A stretch of DNA of 64,000 nt. It comes from Bacillota bacterium (GTDB taxonomy: Bacteria; Bacillota; Clostridia; Clostridiales; Clostridiaceae). Location of the stretch: contig JAEXLD010000081.1 in the NCBI GenBank assembly GCA_023445445.1, forward strand, positions 16,597 to 80,596, written 5' to 3'. Below are positions 29,054-42,887 of the stretch, in pieces; position 1 is the stretch's first letter; each line of letters opens with the position of its first letter. The position numbers and the translations under genes are program-made. The notes below the pieces were generated by a model, which had not been told where the DNA came from, did not search any database, and worked only from the letters and a program-made list of their open reading frames with translations.

Positions 29054-29103
29054 ATGGACCCCAGGGGTGCTTTTACACCCCTGGGGTCCATTTATTTACA
29101 ATT
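29042..29103. repeat. REP-like inverted doublet upstream of the RAYT-like gene
   Basis: 28-bp perfect IR aattgtaaataaatggaccccaggggtg / complement; the left arm contains the last codons (N-C-K-stop) of the regulator. Confidence 0.92.
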
Positions 29104-29227
29104 AAAGAATAAAAACATAGAATCAGTGAATAATTAATATATAAAATAAAAATTAAATTAAAAAATTTTATTATTAATTTGATTTCAAGGATAAGTGTTT
29201 AAAAACATAGAAAAGGGAGTTATTCTT

Positions 29228-29809
29228 ATGGTTACACCTAGAAGGTTTTGGAGAGAGGGAACTATTTATCATGTGACAACTAGAGGAAATAGGAAGGAAG
29301 ATATATTTAATGATAAATCAGATTATAAAGTATACCTTGCAATGATAGAAGAAAATCTTAAATACTATAGTCAATTTAACTATAAATTACTTGAATATTG
29401 TTTAATGAAAAATCATGTTCATTTACTTATAAAAACAGACACCTGGCCCTTATCTGATTTTATGAGAAGGCTAAATTCTAAATACACTCTATATTATAAT
29501 AACAAATATAATTATGTAGGTCATTTATTTCAGGGAAGATATTATTCACAAATAATAGAAAATAATGAACAATTATTAGAGGTAAGTAGATATATTCATT
29601 TAAATCCAGTAAGATCAAAAATATGTAATAACCCTAAAGATTATATATGGTCTAGCTATCATAATTACATAGTTAATAAAGAAAGTAAATTAATAAGTAC
29701 TGAAGTTATATTAGACTTTTTTATAAATAGAAGAAGGTATAGAGAGTTTGTAGAGCATGTACCAGGAGTAAAAGAATTTGATAGTAATGAATGGACAGGG
29801 AATATATAA
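29228..29809 (+). mobile_element. rayT: HUH Y1 tyrosine transposase, REP-associated (RAYT-like, IS200 superfamily)
   Basis: YHVTTRGN, YCLMKNHVHLL (HUH), GHLFQGRY, RYIHLNP (catalytic Tyr), Y.WSSY; no tnpB; palindromes on both sides; start ATG 29228 (GGGAG RBS) or GTG 29195. Confidence 0.85.
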
Positions 29810-29816
29810 GAATTCA

Positions 29817-29857
29817 ATTTCCAAATATTGTTCCCCTGGGGAACAATATTTGGAAAT
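29817..29857. repeat. REP-like single palindrome downstream of the RAYT-like gene
   Basis: atttccaaatattgttcccc-t-ggggaacaatatttggaaat (20-bp arms). Confidence 0.92.
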
Positions 29858-30052
29858 CTAAAAAAAGTCCTAATATATAAAGATAGTTAAAATATTATGT
29901 GAAAAATAAAAATAAATCTAAAAATATTAAAAGTTTAAATAAACATTTTTCTAAAATTTTTATAAGGGTATATGGTACTATAAATATAGAAAATGTAAAG
30001 CATTACAAAGGAACTTGATGTATATAATAACATATTAATATGGAGGGATAAA

Positions 30053-31360
30053 ATGAGAATTAAAAAATTAACATCAATTATTATGGCAGCAGTATTAACC
30101 TTTGGACTTGTAGCTTGTGGAGAAAAATCATCAGACGGAGCAAATGAAAATAAGGGAAGTGAAAATAGTAAAAAAATTACTATTTGGGCTTGGGATGAGG
30201 CTTTCAACATTGTAGCAGCCAATAAGGCAAAGGCAATATATCTAAAGGATAATCCTGATGCAGAAATTGAAGTAGTTACTATGGCCCAAGATGATATTGT
30301 AGCTAAACTAAATACAAGCTTATCATCAGGTTCCTATGAAGGACTTCCTAATATTGTATTAATAGAAGATTATAAGATACAAGGATATTTAACTGCTTAT
30401 AGTGATGAATTTGCAGATTTATCTTCAGTAGTTAAAAAAGATGATTTTGCAGAATACAAAACAGGTGTTAACTATGTAGATGGAAAACTATATGGTATCC
30501 CATTTGATAGTGGAGTTGCAGCTACCTTCTATAGAACAGATTTAATTGAACAAGCTGGCTATACTAAAAAGGATATGGAAAACTTAACTTGGGATAAATA
30601 TATTGAAATAGGTAAGGCAGTTAAAGCAAAAACTGGAATAGATATGATTACAATAGATCCAAGTGAACTAGGACCAATCAGAATGATGTTACAAAGTGCT
30701 GGCTCATGGTATACAGATGCTGATGGCAAAGTTACTATAGGAAATAATGATACATTAAAGGATGCTATTAAGGTATATAAAGAGTTAAATGAAGCAGGTA
30801 TTACAAAGCAAGTTGCTGATTGGGATCAATTTGTTGGTGCCTTTAATAAAGGTGAAGTTGCTTCAGTAATTACAGGGTGTTGGATTGCACCATCTATTAG
30901 AAAGGCAGAAGATCAAAATGGAAAATGGGCTGTAGCTGCATTTCCTAGAATGTCTATCAATAATAAATCAGTAGGAGCTTCATCAATTGGTGGTTCTGGA
31001 TGGTATGCTCTTAAGAATGTTGGAAATACAGAAATGGCAGTAGATTTCTTAGGTAAAACCTTTGGTTCTAACGTAGATTTAATGAATGACTTAGCAGATT
31101 CAATAACTTTAGTTAGTACTTTAAATAAAGCAGCTGAAGCTCCTAATTATAAAAAAGGAAATGAATTCTTTGGTGGTCAAGAAATATTTGCAGATTTCGC
31201 TAAGTGGACAGGTGAAGTACCTTCAGTAAATTATGGTCTACACACATATGCAATTGAAGATATTATGACTGAAGCAATTCAAGCTATATTAGGTGGAGCA
31301 GATGTTGATGGAACTCTAGAGTCATATCAAAAACAAATTGAATCAGCAGTTGCTCAGTAA
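30053..31360 (+). CDS. Carbohydrate ABC substrate-binding lipoprotein (lactose/galactoside-type)
   Basis: Lipobox LVAC; ITIWAWD, YGIPFDSG, FYRTD; operon with beta-galactosidase. Confidence 0.88.
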   Translation: MRIKKLTSIIMAAVLTFGLVACGEKSSDGANENKGSENSKKITIWAWDEAFNIVAANKAKAIYLKDNPDAEIEVVTMAQDDIVAKLNTSLSSGSYEGLPNIVLIEDYKIQGYLTAYSDEFADLSSVVKKDDFAEYKTGVNYVDGKLYGIPFDSGVAATFYRTDLIEQAGYTKKDMENLTWDKYIEIGKAVKAKTGIDMITIDPSELGPIRMMLQSAGSWYTDADGKVTIGNNDTLKDAIKVYKELNEAGITKQVADWDQFVGAFNKGEVASVITGCWIAPSIRKAEDQNGKWAVAAFPRMSINNKSVGASSIGGSGWYALKNVGNTEMAVDFLGKTFGSNVDLMNDLADSITLVSTLNKAAEAPNYKKGNEFFGGQEIFADFAKWTGEVPSVNYGLHTYAIEDIMTEAIQAILGGADVDGTLESYQKQIESAVAQ

Positions 31361-31439
31361 AAAGTCTATAAATTTATAAATAATAAAAGTAGCTATTTAT
31401 TAAAAGAAAATTAGTAAATAGCTATTTCTTGTATAAGGG

Positions 31440-32333
31440 GTGAGAAGTTTGAAAGTTAAATCATTAAAAAATAAATTAGATAGAAAAGCATGGCTATTTA
31501 TCTTGCCAAGTTTAATATTAATAACAGTACTTGTATTTTATCCTATGATTCAGGCTTTTATTATATCTCTAAAAAGTGGGATGGGTAATAATTTAAGCTT
31601 TACAGGGATAGATAATTATAAAAGGTTACTTACAGATTCAACCTTTAAAAAGGCATTATTTAATACATTAACATATCTAGTTATTCAAGTTCCAATTATG
31701 ATAATTTTAGCTCTTTTAATTTCAGCATTATTAAATGATAAAAAGTTAAAAGCAAGAGGCTTCTTTAGAACAGCTATATTCCTACCTTGTGTTACTTCAT
31801 TAGTAGCATATTCTATAATTTTTAAGAGTTTATTTGCTACAGATGGCTTTGTAAATGCACTTTTAATGAAAATTAATCTTATTGCAGAGCCAATTGCATG
31901 GATAACACATCCTATTTGGGCCAAGGTCCTTATAATCTTAGCAATAACATGGAGGTGGACAGGCTATAATATGGTTTTTTATTTAGCAGGAATGCAATCC
32001 ATTGATGATTCAATATATGAGGCAGCAGAAATAGATGGAGCAAGTGCTTTTATGAGATTTAAAAGTATAACTCTTCCATTGTTAAAGCCAATAGTTTTAT
32101 TTACAACTATTAACTCAACAATAGGAACATTACAGTTATTTGATGAAACAGTAAATATAACCAATGGTGGTCCAGCTAATGCAACTATTACTATTTCTCA
32201 ATATATATATAATTTATTATTTAAGTATTCACCGAACTTTGGATATGCTGCTGCAATTTCTTATGTAATAGTACTAATTATTGTGGTACTATCCTTTATT
32301 CAATTAAAAGCTGGAGGTGATAAAAATGAGTAA
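31440..32333 (+). CDS. Carbohydrate ABC permease (LacF-like)
   Basis: WRWTGYNM, YEAAEIDGA EAA loop. Confidence 0.9.
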   Translation: MRSLKVKSLKNKLDRKAWLFILPSLILITVLVFYPMIQAFIISLKSGMGNNLSFTGIDNYKRLLTDSTFKKALFNTLTYLVIQVPIMIILALLISALLNDKKLKARGFFRTAIFLPCVTSLVAYSIIFKSLFATDGFVNALLMKINLIAEPIAWITHPIWAKVLIILAITWRWTGYNMVFYLAGMQSIDDSIYEAAEIDGASAFMRFKSITLPLLKPIVLFTTINSTIGTLQLFDETVNITNGGPANATITISQYIYNLLFKYSPNFGYAAAISYVIVLIIVVLSFIQLKAGGDKNE

Positions 32334-33171
32334 AAAGTTTAGTATAATAAATATTATAAAGTATATTTTTTTAAGTATAGTATCTTTCATTTCTATTTTC
32401 CCATTTATATGGATGATAATTGCAACTACAAATAAATCTGTTGAAGTTACTAAGGGAACTTTGATTCCTGGAGGGTATTTTTTAGAGAATTTAAAGAATT
32501 TATTAGTTTCAGATTTAAAATATACCTTAGCCTTTAAGAATTCATTAATAATTGCAATCTCCACAACTATATTAGCTATGTTTATTTCTTCCTTAGCTGG
32601 ATATGCCTTTGAAGTATATAAAAGTAAAGCTAGAGATAGGATATTTAATTTTATATTACTATCAATGATGGTTCCTTTTGCAGCACTAATGGTACCTTTA
32701 TTTAGATTATTTACTAGGATTAAAGCTTTTGGACCATTAAAAGCAATAGGGTTAAACACAAATGGATCTGTAATTATTATATCTATTGCCACAGCCTTTT
32801 TAATATTTTTCTTTAGGCAAAACACCAAAAGTTTCCCTAAGGATTTAATTGAAGCTGCTAGGATAGATGGCCTTGGAGAAGTTGGTATTTTCTTTAGAAT
32901 ATATATACCAACAATGAAATCAAGCTATGCAGCTGCAATAATAGTTACATTTATGGCAAGTTGGAATAGCTATTTATGGCCACTTATCGCCTTACAATCT
33001 CAAGATAAAAGGACATTGCCTTTAGTAATATCAGCTTTAGGTTCATCATATACCCCAGATTATGGGATGATAATGACAGCAGTAGTTATAGCCACACTAC
33101 CAACAGCTATAATATTCTTCTTAATGCAAAAGCATTTTGTAGCTGGAATGACAGGATCATTAAAGGGATAA
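32326..33171 (+). CDS. Carbohydrate ABC permease (LacG-like)
   Basis: LIEAARIDG, WNSYLWP; GGAGG RBS before ATG 32326. Confidence 0.9.
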   Translation: MSKKFSIINIIKYIFLSIVSFISIFPFIWMIIATTNKSVEVTKGTLIPGGYFLENLKNLLVSDLKYTLAFKNSLIIAISTTILAMFISSLAGYAFEVYKSKARDRIFNFILLSMMVPFAALMVPLFRLFTRIKAFGPLKAIGLNTNGSVIIISIATAFLIFFFRQNTKSFPKDLIEAARIDGLGEVGIFFRIYIPTMKSSYAAAIIVTFMASWNSYLWPLIALQSQDKRTLPLVISALGSSYTPDYGMIMTAVVIATLPTAIIFFLMQKHFVAGMTGSLKG

Positions 33172-33200
33172 AATTGGAAAATAATTGGTCCCCAGGGGAA
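33172..33200 (+). repeat. REP-like half element
   Basis: aattggaaaataattggtccccaggggaa immediately after the stop. Confidence 0.85.
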
Positions 33201-33215
33201 TAAAAAATATATTAG

Positions 33216-36329
<3,114 letters not shown>

Positions 36330-36392
36330 TAGAGTAGGATAATCGGTAGTAAAAATTCTAATTGGGAAATTAAGTATTTAATGTAAAAAGAA

Positions 36393-36462
36393 GTTCCCAT
36401 GGGGAAGGAAATATTTTCTGGGATAATTTGTATGTAATGGAGAATATAGTTCCCCTGGGGAA
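36393..36462. repeat. Two degenerate REP-like cores
   Basis: gttcccatggggaa (36393) and gttcccctggggaa (36449). Confidence 0.7.
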
Positions 36463-36484
36463 TTTTTATTAAGGGGGTGTTTAG

Positions 36485-38044
36485 ATGAAAAAAAATTATT
36501 GTAGAGTTTTAATTGTTGAAGATGAATTTATAATGAGACAAGGTATGAAACATATGATTGAGTGGGAAAAAGAAGGCTTTACAATAGTTGGGGAAGCCAC
36601 TAATGGTGAAGAAGCACTACAATTAATTGAGGTTTTAAAACCTAATATAGTTATATCAGATATAGTTATGCCTATTTTAAATGGTGTTGATTTCTCAAAA
36701 GCAATTCAGAAAAAATATCCAGAAGTTCAAATAATAATTTTAAGCAGCTATGATAATTTTGAATATGTAAAAGACACACTTCTAAGTGGGGCTGTAGATT
36801 ATATATTAAAGCCTACTATAAATCAAGCTCAATTATTAGTTTCCTTAAATAAAGCTGTTAATAGAATCCCAGGATTAGAATTAATTAAAGATGAGGATAT
36901 GTATTATAGCAATATAATTGAAAGATACATTCTTGGTTTTGAAGACAATATAGATAACAAAAGCTTTTTTAGTATTTTCCCTAATAGTTGCTTTAGACTC
37001 TTAGGAGTTAATATTAGACAAGCATCTGGGAAAAATAGAGAAATTGTTAGAGAAGTTAAAAGTGTAATTGAGGAGTATTTAATAAACCATAATTACTCCT
37101 TTATTAAGCTTATATTAAATGAAGAAAATTTATTATATTTAATTAATTATAGAATGAATGAAGAAAATAAAATTCTTAAGGATTTTGAAAAATATATAGA
37201 AAATAAAGTAATGCAAGAAAATATATTCTTTGTTATTACACCAAGGTTTAATAATTTAAATAATGTTAGAGAAATGTACAATAAAAAGGTTATACCATAT
37301 TTCCCTCTAAAATTTTATTATAAAAATAAAATAGTACTAGATACAGAAAAGGCACCTTTGGAAGAAAAAATAGAGAAATTTGATTCAATTAAGTATGACA
37401 ACTTATTGAAGAGAAAGGATTTTACTTATGCTATAGCTTTTATAAAAAATTATATTGATTTAGCTATATTGTCTAAAATGGATGAATATAAGCTTAAGAA
37501 TTTAGTTAAAAACTTACTATACAATTTAATTGTAAGTTTAGAAGCTTATGATTTAGAAGTAGAGGAGTTAAGACAAGGGTATTTTAAAAGTATAGATAAA
37601 ATTCAGTACTTAGAGGAATTTATAAGTGTTATTAATGGAATAGTATTAGAACTTAATGAATTTATAAATAAGAAGGTTAATTTAGAAGAGGATAGGATTA
37701 GTATAATTTTAGAATATATAGAGGAGCATTATGATAAGGCTTTAGACTTAAGTGATATAGCAAAAGCCTTTAATTTTAATTATTATTATTTATCTTATTA
37801 TTTTAATAATCATTGTAAGGAAGGCTTTTCAGATTATTTAAATAGAATTAGGATAGAAAAAGCCTGTGAATTGTTAAAGGATAATAATTTATATGTGTCA
37901 GAAATAAGTTCAATGATTGGATATTCTGATCATAGTTATTTTTGTAGGGTATTTAAGAAAATAACAGGATATACACCAAGTAGATACAGAAGAATATCTT
38001 TGCAGGGAGTGATAGCAGGTGATAAGGAAGCTGAAGCTAAATAG
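36485..38044 (+). CDS. YesN-type response regulator (receiver + AraC)
   Basis: IVEDE, DIVMP, YILKP, YFCRVFKKITGYTP. Confidence 0.92.
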   Translation: MKKNYCRVLIVEDEFIMRQGMKHMIEWEKEGFTIVGEATNGEEALQLIEVLKPNIVISDIVMPILNGVDFSKAIQKKYPEVQIIILSSYDNFEYVKDTLLSGAVDYILKPTINQAQLLVSLNKAVNRIPGLELIKDEDMYYSNIIERYILGFEDNIDNKSFFSIFPNSCFRLLGVNIRQASGKNREIVREVKSVIEEYLINHNYSFIKLILNEENLLYLINYRMNEENKILKDFEKYIENKVMQENIFFVITPRFNNLNNVREMYNKKVIPYFPLKFYYKNKIVLDTEKAPLEEKIEKFDSIKYDNLLKRKDFTYAIAFIKNYIDLAILSKMDEYKLKNLVKNLLYNLIVSLEAYDLEVEELRQGYFKSIDKIQYLEEFISVINGIVLELNEFINKKVNLEEDRISIILEYIEEHYDKALDLSDIAKAFNFNYYYLSYYFNNHCKEGFSDYLNRIRIEKACELLKDNNLYVSEISSMIGYSDHSYFCRVFKKITGYTPSRYRRISLQGVIAGDKEAEAK

Positions 38045-39776
38045 TTTATTTACTAAAATATTGTTAGTAGTAGTTATAGGAGTATTGTGCGTTTCAATTT
38101 CTGTAACCTATATTATTATTAATATTTCCAAGGGAATATTTGTTGATAATTATAGTGAATCCCAAAAGAAGATATTTGATCAAGTAAATGATGAAATCTA
38201 TGATTTCCATAGTGAAATAGTTAAAATAATAGATTCAGTAAATTCTCATAATGCATTTAGAACATACTTTACTGAAAGTGATATACCTAACATAGAGTTA
38301 TCTAGAACTATTTATGAATTGAAAAAGCAAATTAAAGCATCTTTAGCATCCAACACCTATGATATGAGTATTCTATTTGTAGGTTTAAATGGACAATCTT
38401 ATTTAAGTAGCACAGAACTTTTAACCATGGATTCTGAGGAGATATTAAATTTAAATATAAATAAAAAGTCATTGGAAAATAATAAAACCATAACATATGA
38501 GTATTTTGAAAAGGGTATAACATCTTCAACTAAGAATGAACCAGTAATAATTATATCTAAGGCTTTGAATTTAAAGGATGAGACCCCCTATGGAGTTATT
38601 AATTTTATAATTAAAGAAAAAAGCTTTCAAAAATTCTATGATTATTTTACAGTTCAAATAAATGATATTGTCTTGCTTGATGAAAACAATAAAGTACTAT
38701 CCTCAAATAAGAAAAATAATTTTGGAGAAATTCAAGAGGATTTTAGAGAAAATATAAATGAATTAATAAATAGCAAGGAGCTAAATAAGAGTTATGAAAG
38801 CAATGGCAATAGGATATTTATTCAAAGATTACCTTATTGTAATCTAACTATTTGTGGCACCTTAGATAATACAAAAGCTTTAGCTAAAATATATGATGTT
38901 AAAAATATATTGTTTATATGTATTTTTATAACTTTATGTATTTTAGTTGTTATATTTTTATTAGTAAGACAAATGACAAAGCCTCTATACTTATTAACAG
39001 AAAAGATGTCAAAGGTTAAGGATGGTAATTTCGATGAATATATAGAGGTTAGTGGACCTGAAGAAGTAAAAGAATTATCTTCCACTTATAACTATATGAT
39101 AAAGGATATTAATAGATATGTAGAAGAATTAGTAGTGGTACAAAAGGAAAAGAGAAAGGCTGAAATTCATGCTCTTCAAATGCAGATAAATCCACACTAT
39201 ATATTTAACACTTTATCTAGTATAAAGTGGCTTATTTGGCAGGGAAATAAGGACAAGGCCACAGCATCAATAGATGCCTTTATTAGTATGATTAGAAATA
39301 CTATAAGCAAAACTGATGAATTTATTACTATAGAAGAGGAAATAGATAATTTAAAGAATTATGTATTAATTAATAATATAAGATATGGAGATAGAATAAA
39401 GGTTGAATATTTTGTAATGCCAGATTGCTATAAATACTTAATTCCAAAGCTAATATTACAGCCTTTTATAGAGAATTCTTTCTTTCATGCCTTCCCATCA
39501 GAGGAAGAAGGGGAAATTCAAGTTTTTATTAAAGAGCTAGATGAAAATAATATTAAAATTGAAATATATGATAATGGAATAGGTATAGATAGTGAAAAAT
39601 TAGATGAGGTAATTGAAAAGAAGGAGCATAGGAATCATCATTTCTCAGCTATAGGTATAAATAATGTGGACAGTAGAATAAAGCTTATTTACGGTAATAA
39701 TTATGGCATTAATATAAAGAGTAAATTGAACAGTGGTACAACAATAACAATAGTTATCCCTAAAACAAATAAGTAG
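38019..39776 (+). CDS. YesM-type sensor histidine kinase
   Basis: LQMQINPHYIFNTL, QPFIENS, DNGIG, IGINNV. Confidence 0.92.
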   Translation: MIRKLKLNSLFTKILLVVVIGVLCVSISVTYIIINISKGIFVDNYSESQKKIFDQVNDEIYDFHSEIVKIIDSVNSHNAFRTYFTESDIPNIELSRTIYELKKQIKASLASNTYDMSILFVGLNGQSYLSSTELLTMDSEEILNLNINKKSLENNKTITYEYFEKGITSSTKNEPVIIISKALNLKDETPYGVINFIIKEKSFQKFYDYFTVQINDIVLLDENNKVLSSNKKNNFGEIQEDFRENINELINSKELNKSYESNGNRIFIQRLPYCNLTICGTLDNTKALAKIYDVKNILFICIFITLCILVVIFLLVRQMTKPLYLLTEKMSKVKDGNFDEYIEVSGPEEVKELSSTYNYMIKDINRYVEELVVVQKEKRKAEIHALQMQINPHYIFNTLSSIKWLIWQGNKDKATASIDAFISMIRNTISKTDEFITIEEEIDNLKNYVLINNIRYGDRIKVEYFVMPDCYKYLIPKLILQPFIENSFFHAFPSEEEGEIQVFIKELDENNIKIEIYDNGIGIDSEKLDEVIEKKEHRNHHFSAIGINNVDSRIKLIYGNNYGINIKSKLNSGTTITIVIPKTNK

Positions 39777-39777
39777 A

Positions 39778-39817
39778 ATTTCCAAATATTGTTCCCCTGG
39801 GGAACAGTATTTTGGAA
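39778..39817. repeat. REP-like single palindrome
   Basis: atttccaaatattgttcccctggggaacagtattttggaa, near-identical to 29817. Confidence 0.88.
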
Positions 39818-39936
39818 GAATATTAAGAAGAAATTAATAATATATTAAAGTTATTTTAAGAAAAATAGAGTATTAACTACATAATATAAGATAAGCCTGC
39901 TTAAGGAATAATTTGATGCATTATATTAATTCTATA

Positions 39937-39980
39937 TATCTGTATAATATAATATAATGAAATATTATATTATACAGATA
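39937..39980. promoter_or_regulatory. 19-bp perfect AT-rich inverted repeat upstream of the O-acetylation genes
   Basis: tatctgtataatataatat / atattatattatacagata. Confidence 0.6.
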
Positions 39981-40025
39981 ATATTGCTTTAATTAGTTAC
40001 AAATAAATTAGAAAGAGGAGAAAAT

Positions 40026-41468
40026 TTGAAAAAAAATATAAAGTTTATTTATAGTATTAAGATAATACTATTTTCCCTAATTATAGTTATTCCAATCTTA
40101 TTTATGAATTTTAAAGAAGATGAAGTATCTATGATAGATAACAGAATGCTATTAAATTATAGGGATATAATAAATGACAGTAAAGATATTAATAATGTTT
40201 TTACTAATATAGGAATCTATGCAAATGATAGAATAGGCTTTAGAGAGAATATGGTTAATTTATATACATATTCTATGGATAAGCTCTTTAATGATATGGT
40301 TCATCCAACTTATCAATATGGACAAGATGGATTTGTATATCTTAAGCTACCAGAAACTAAGGTTAATTTAAGATTTCAAGAGACTTTTTCAAGCTTTATA
40401 AGTGAGTTTCAAGAGTATTGCATGAATAGAAACATTAAGTTTCTATATACCTTAGAACCAAATAAATCAACTGTTTATCCAGAATACTTACCAGAGGGGT
40501 ATAATCATAGCAGTGAAAATAGAGACTATTTTATAGAACTTTTAAATGAAAAAGGTGTTAACTATTTAAATAATGCTGATACTTTATTACAAGCAAAAGA
40601 AAATCCTTTATTTGAAGATGTGTTGCTATATGATAAAAAATATGATGCAGGTCATTGGAATGAAACTGGAGCTATAGTTGGTATTTCAGCAATAATAGAC
40701 AGGCTTAATGAGTTGGATAATAGAGTTGGAAGCTTTGATATCAATAAATATGAGGCAGAAGAAGTTATTAATGAAACATTACTTTCATCTAATTTTAAAA
40801 TAAATGAGAAAACCACTAATTATAATTTAAAAGAATATAATTTAGAGTATGTTGAAGATTATGAAGATGAAATATATAGACATGAGGATTTTAGATACTT
40901 TACTCATTACAAAAACTTAACTAATACTGAAGCACCAAGGCTATTAATTTTTGCAGGAAGCTATTTTAATAATAAAGAAAAATTCATAACTGGAAACTTT
41001 TCAGAGGTTATGAAGATACATAATTACACTAATGTTATAGATTATGAGTACTATATTAATATTTACAAGCCAGATATAGTATTATTTGAATCAACAGAGT
41101 ATACCAATACAGGCTATCACTATCCAACAACAATGATGGAAGAAAAACAATATATTAAAAGTTTAGATAGTTATAGTGATTTAGTAAAAACTGATTTTGT
41201 AACTATAGATACAGATAATATTGAAGTATCCGGAAATAATATAACTAACTTCATAGTCCCTATAGAAAGTGATAATTTATTATATGCTTATGCAAATATA
41301 AATAATAGGATATTAGATAGTAAAATTAAGAGAGATGAAGATAACTTATATATAGAATTTTCATTAATATCAAAGGAATTAGAAAATGAAAACAGCTTAG
41401 ATTTATATTTTGTTTCACAGGATGAAAAACAATATCAAAAGATAAAATTAGAAATTAGCGAGGGATAA
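40026..41468 (+). CDS. AlgJ/AlgX/PatB-like SGNH O-acetyltransferase component (paralog 1)
   Basis: N-terminal TM, DNRML, PNKSTVYPEYLP, DAGHWN, GSY; adjacent to MBOAT. Confidence 0.75.
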   Translation: MKKNIKFIYSIKIILFSLIIVIPILFMNFKEDEVSMIDNRMLLNYRDIINDSKDINNVFTNIGIYANDRIGFRENMVNLYTYSMDKLFNDMVHPTYQYGQDGFVYLKLPETKVNLRFQETFSSFISEFQEYCMNRNIKFLYTLEPNKSTVYPEYLPEGYNHSSENRDYFIELLNEKGVNYLNNADTLLQAKENPLFEDVLLYDKKYDAGHWNETGAIVGISAIIDRLNELDNRVGSFDINKYEAEEVINETLLSSNFKINEKTTNYNLKEYNLEYVEDYEDEIYRHEDFRYFTHYKNLTNTEAPRLLIFAGSYFNNKEKFITGNFSEVMKIHNYTNVIDYEYYINIYKPDIVLFESTEYTNTGYHYPTTMMEEKQYIKSLDSYSDLVKTDFVTIDTDNIEVSGNNITNFIVPIESDNLLYAYANINNRILDSKIKRDEDNLYIEFSLISKELENENSLDLYFVSQDEKQYQKIKLEISEG

Positions 41469-41472
41469 ATTT

Positions 41473-42873
41473 ATGGTATTTAGTTCAACAATATTTATTT
41501 TTGCTTTTTTACCTATAGTTTTGTTGGCTTACTACATACTAGGAAAGAAAGTAAGAAATTACATTTTACTTCTAGCAAGCCTTTTTTTCTATGCTTGGGG
41601 TGGAGTAGAATATTTAAAGATATTAATAGTATCTATTGTAATTAATTATATTTTTGGAATATTAATAGATAAATTAAGAGATGATATTATACTGAAAAAA
41701 ATATTTTTAGGTATTGGTATTTTTCTTAATTTAGCTTTACTTTTTTATTACAAATATTACGACTTTTTTATAAAAAATGTTAATTTAACATTTAATACTG
41801 AATTTCCATTAAAGTATATTGTGTTACCAATAGGTATTTCATTTTTTACTTTTCAGGGAATGTCTTATATCATAGATATTTATAGAAAAGATGGAAAGGT
41901 CAATAAGAATCCATTTTCTGTGGCACTTTATATTTCCTTCTTTCCACAATTAGTGGCAGGCCCAATTGTAAAATATAAAACAGTAGATGATCAAATTAGA
42001 AATAGAAAAGAATCTATTGATAATTTTAGTTATGGAATAAATAGATTTGTTATTGGGTTAGCTAAGAAGGTTATAATAGCAGATATATTAGCAGCTATGG
42101 CAGATAATATATTTACTCAATATTATAGTGGAATTGATACTCCAACTGCATGGATAGGTGCAATTTGTTATACATTCCAAATATATTATGATTTTTCAGG
42201 ATACTCAGATATGGCTATAGGTTTAGGATATATGTTTGGATTTAAATTTATGGAGAATTTTAATTACCCATATATTTCAAAGTCTATAACTGAATTCTGG
42301 AGAAGATGGCATATTTCTTTATCTACTTGGTTTAAAGAATATCTTTATATACCTCTTGGTGGAAATAGAAGAGGAAATGTGTATGTAAACTTATTTATAG
42401 TATTTTTAGTTACAGGAATTTGGCATGGTGCAGATTGGTCATTTGTGCTATGGGGATTATGGCACGGATTATTTATTTTAATTGAAAGATTCATAAGAAA
42501 TAAGAAATTTTATATTAATATTCCCAATATAATAAAACACATAGTTACTATGCTAATAGTAATACTGGGATGGGTTTTATTTAGAGCTGACAACTTGGAA
42601 CAAGCAGTAGGTTTTATAAAAACTATGTTTGGCTTTGGCACTGCATCAGCATTGACTTTTGAGTATAGGTACTTTATTAATAAAAAACTTATATTCTGGA
42701 TTGTAATGGCAGCTATTGGATCTATGCCTTTTATTGCTAATAAACTAAAGAAGTATACTGGAAGAAAGAGTTTTGAAATCTTAACTACAATAGGTATTGC
42801 AATATTATTTGTTATATCAATTATTTTTGTAGTGAACTCTACATATAGTCCATTTATTTACTTCCAATTTTAA
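41473..42873 (+). CDS. MBOAT O-acyltransferase (AlgI/PatA/DltB family)
   Basis: LPIGISFFTFQ, FFPQLVAGPI, DFSGYSDMA, FWRRWHISLS, GIWHG, FIYFQF. Confidence 0.93.
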   Translation: MVFSSTIFIFAFLPIVLLAYYILGKKVRNYILLLASLFFYAWGGVEYLKILIVSIVINYIFGILIDKLRDDIILKKIFLGIGIFLNLALLFYYKYYDFFIKNVNLTFNTEFPLKYIVLPIGISFFTFQGMSYIIDIYRKDGKVNKNPFSVALYISFFPQLVAGPIVKYKTVDDQIRNRKESIDNFSYGINRFVIGLAKKVIIADILAAMADNIFTQYYSGIDTPTAWIGAICYTFQIYYDFSGYSDMAIGLGYMFGFKFMENFNYPYISKSITEFWRRWHISLSTWFKEYLYIPLGGNRRGNVYVNLFIVFLVTGIWHGADWSFVLWGLWHGLFILIERFIRNKKFYINIPNIIKHIVTMLIVILGWVLFRADNLEQAVGFIKTMFGFGTASALTFEYRYFINKKLIFWIVMAAIGSMPFIANKLKKYTGRKSFEILTTIGIAILFVISIIFVVNSTYSPFIYFQF

Positions 42874-42887
42874 AGGAGGTAATTGCT

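Noticed and set aside
29195..29857. Complete IS605/IS200 element with TnpB
   Set aside because: No tnpB/RuvC ORF; protein motifs and dispersed cognate palindromes fit the RAYT-like group better, though an IS-like lifestyle is not excluded
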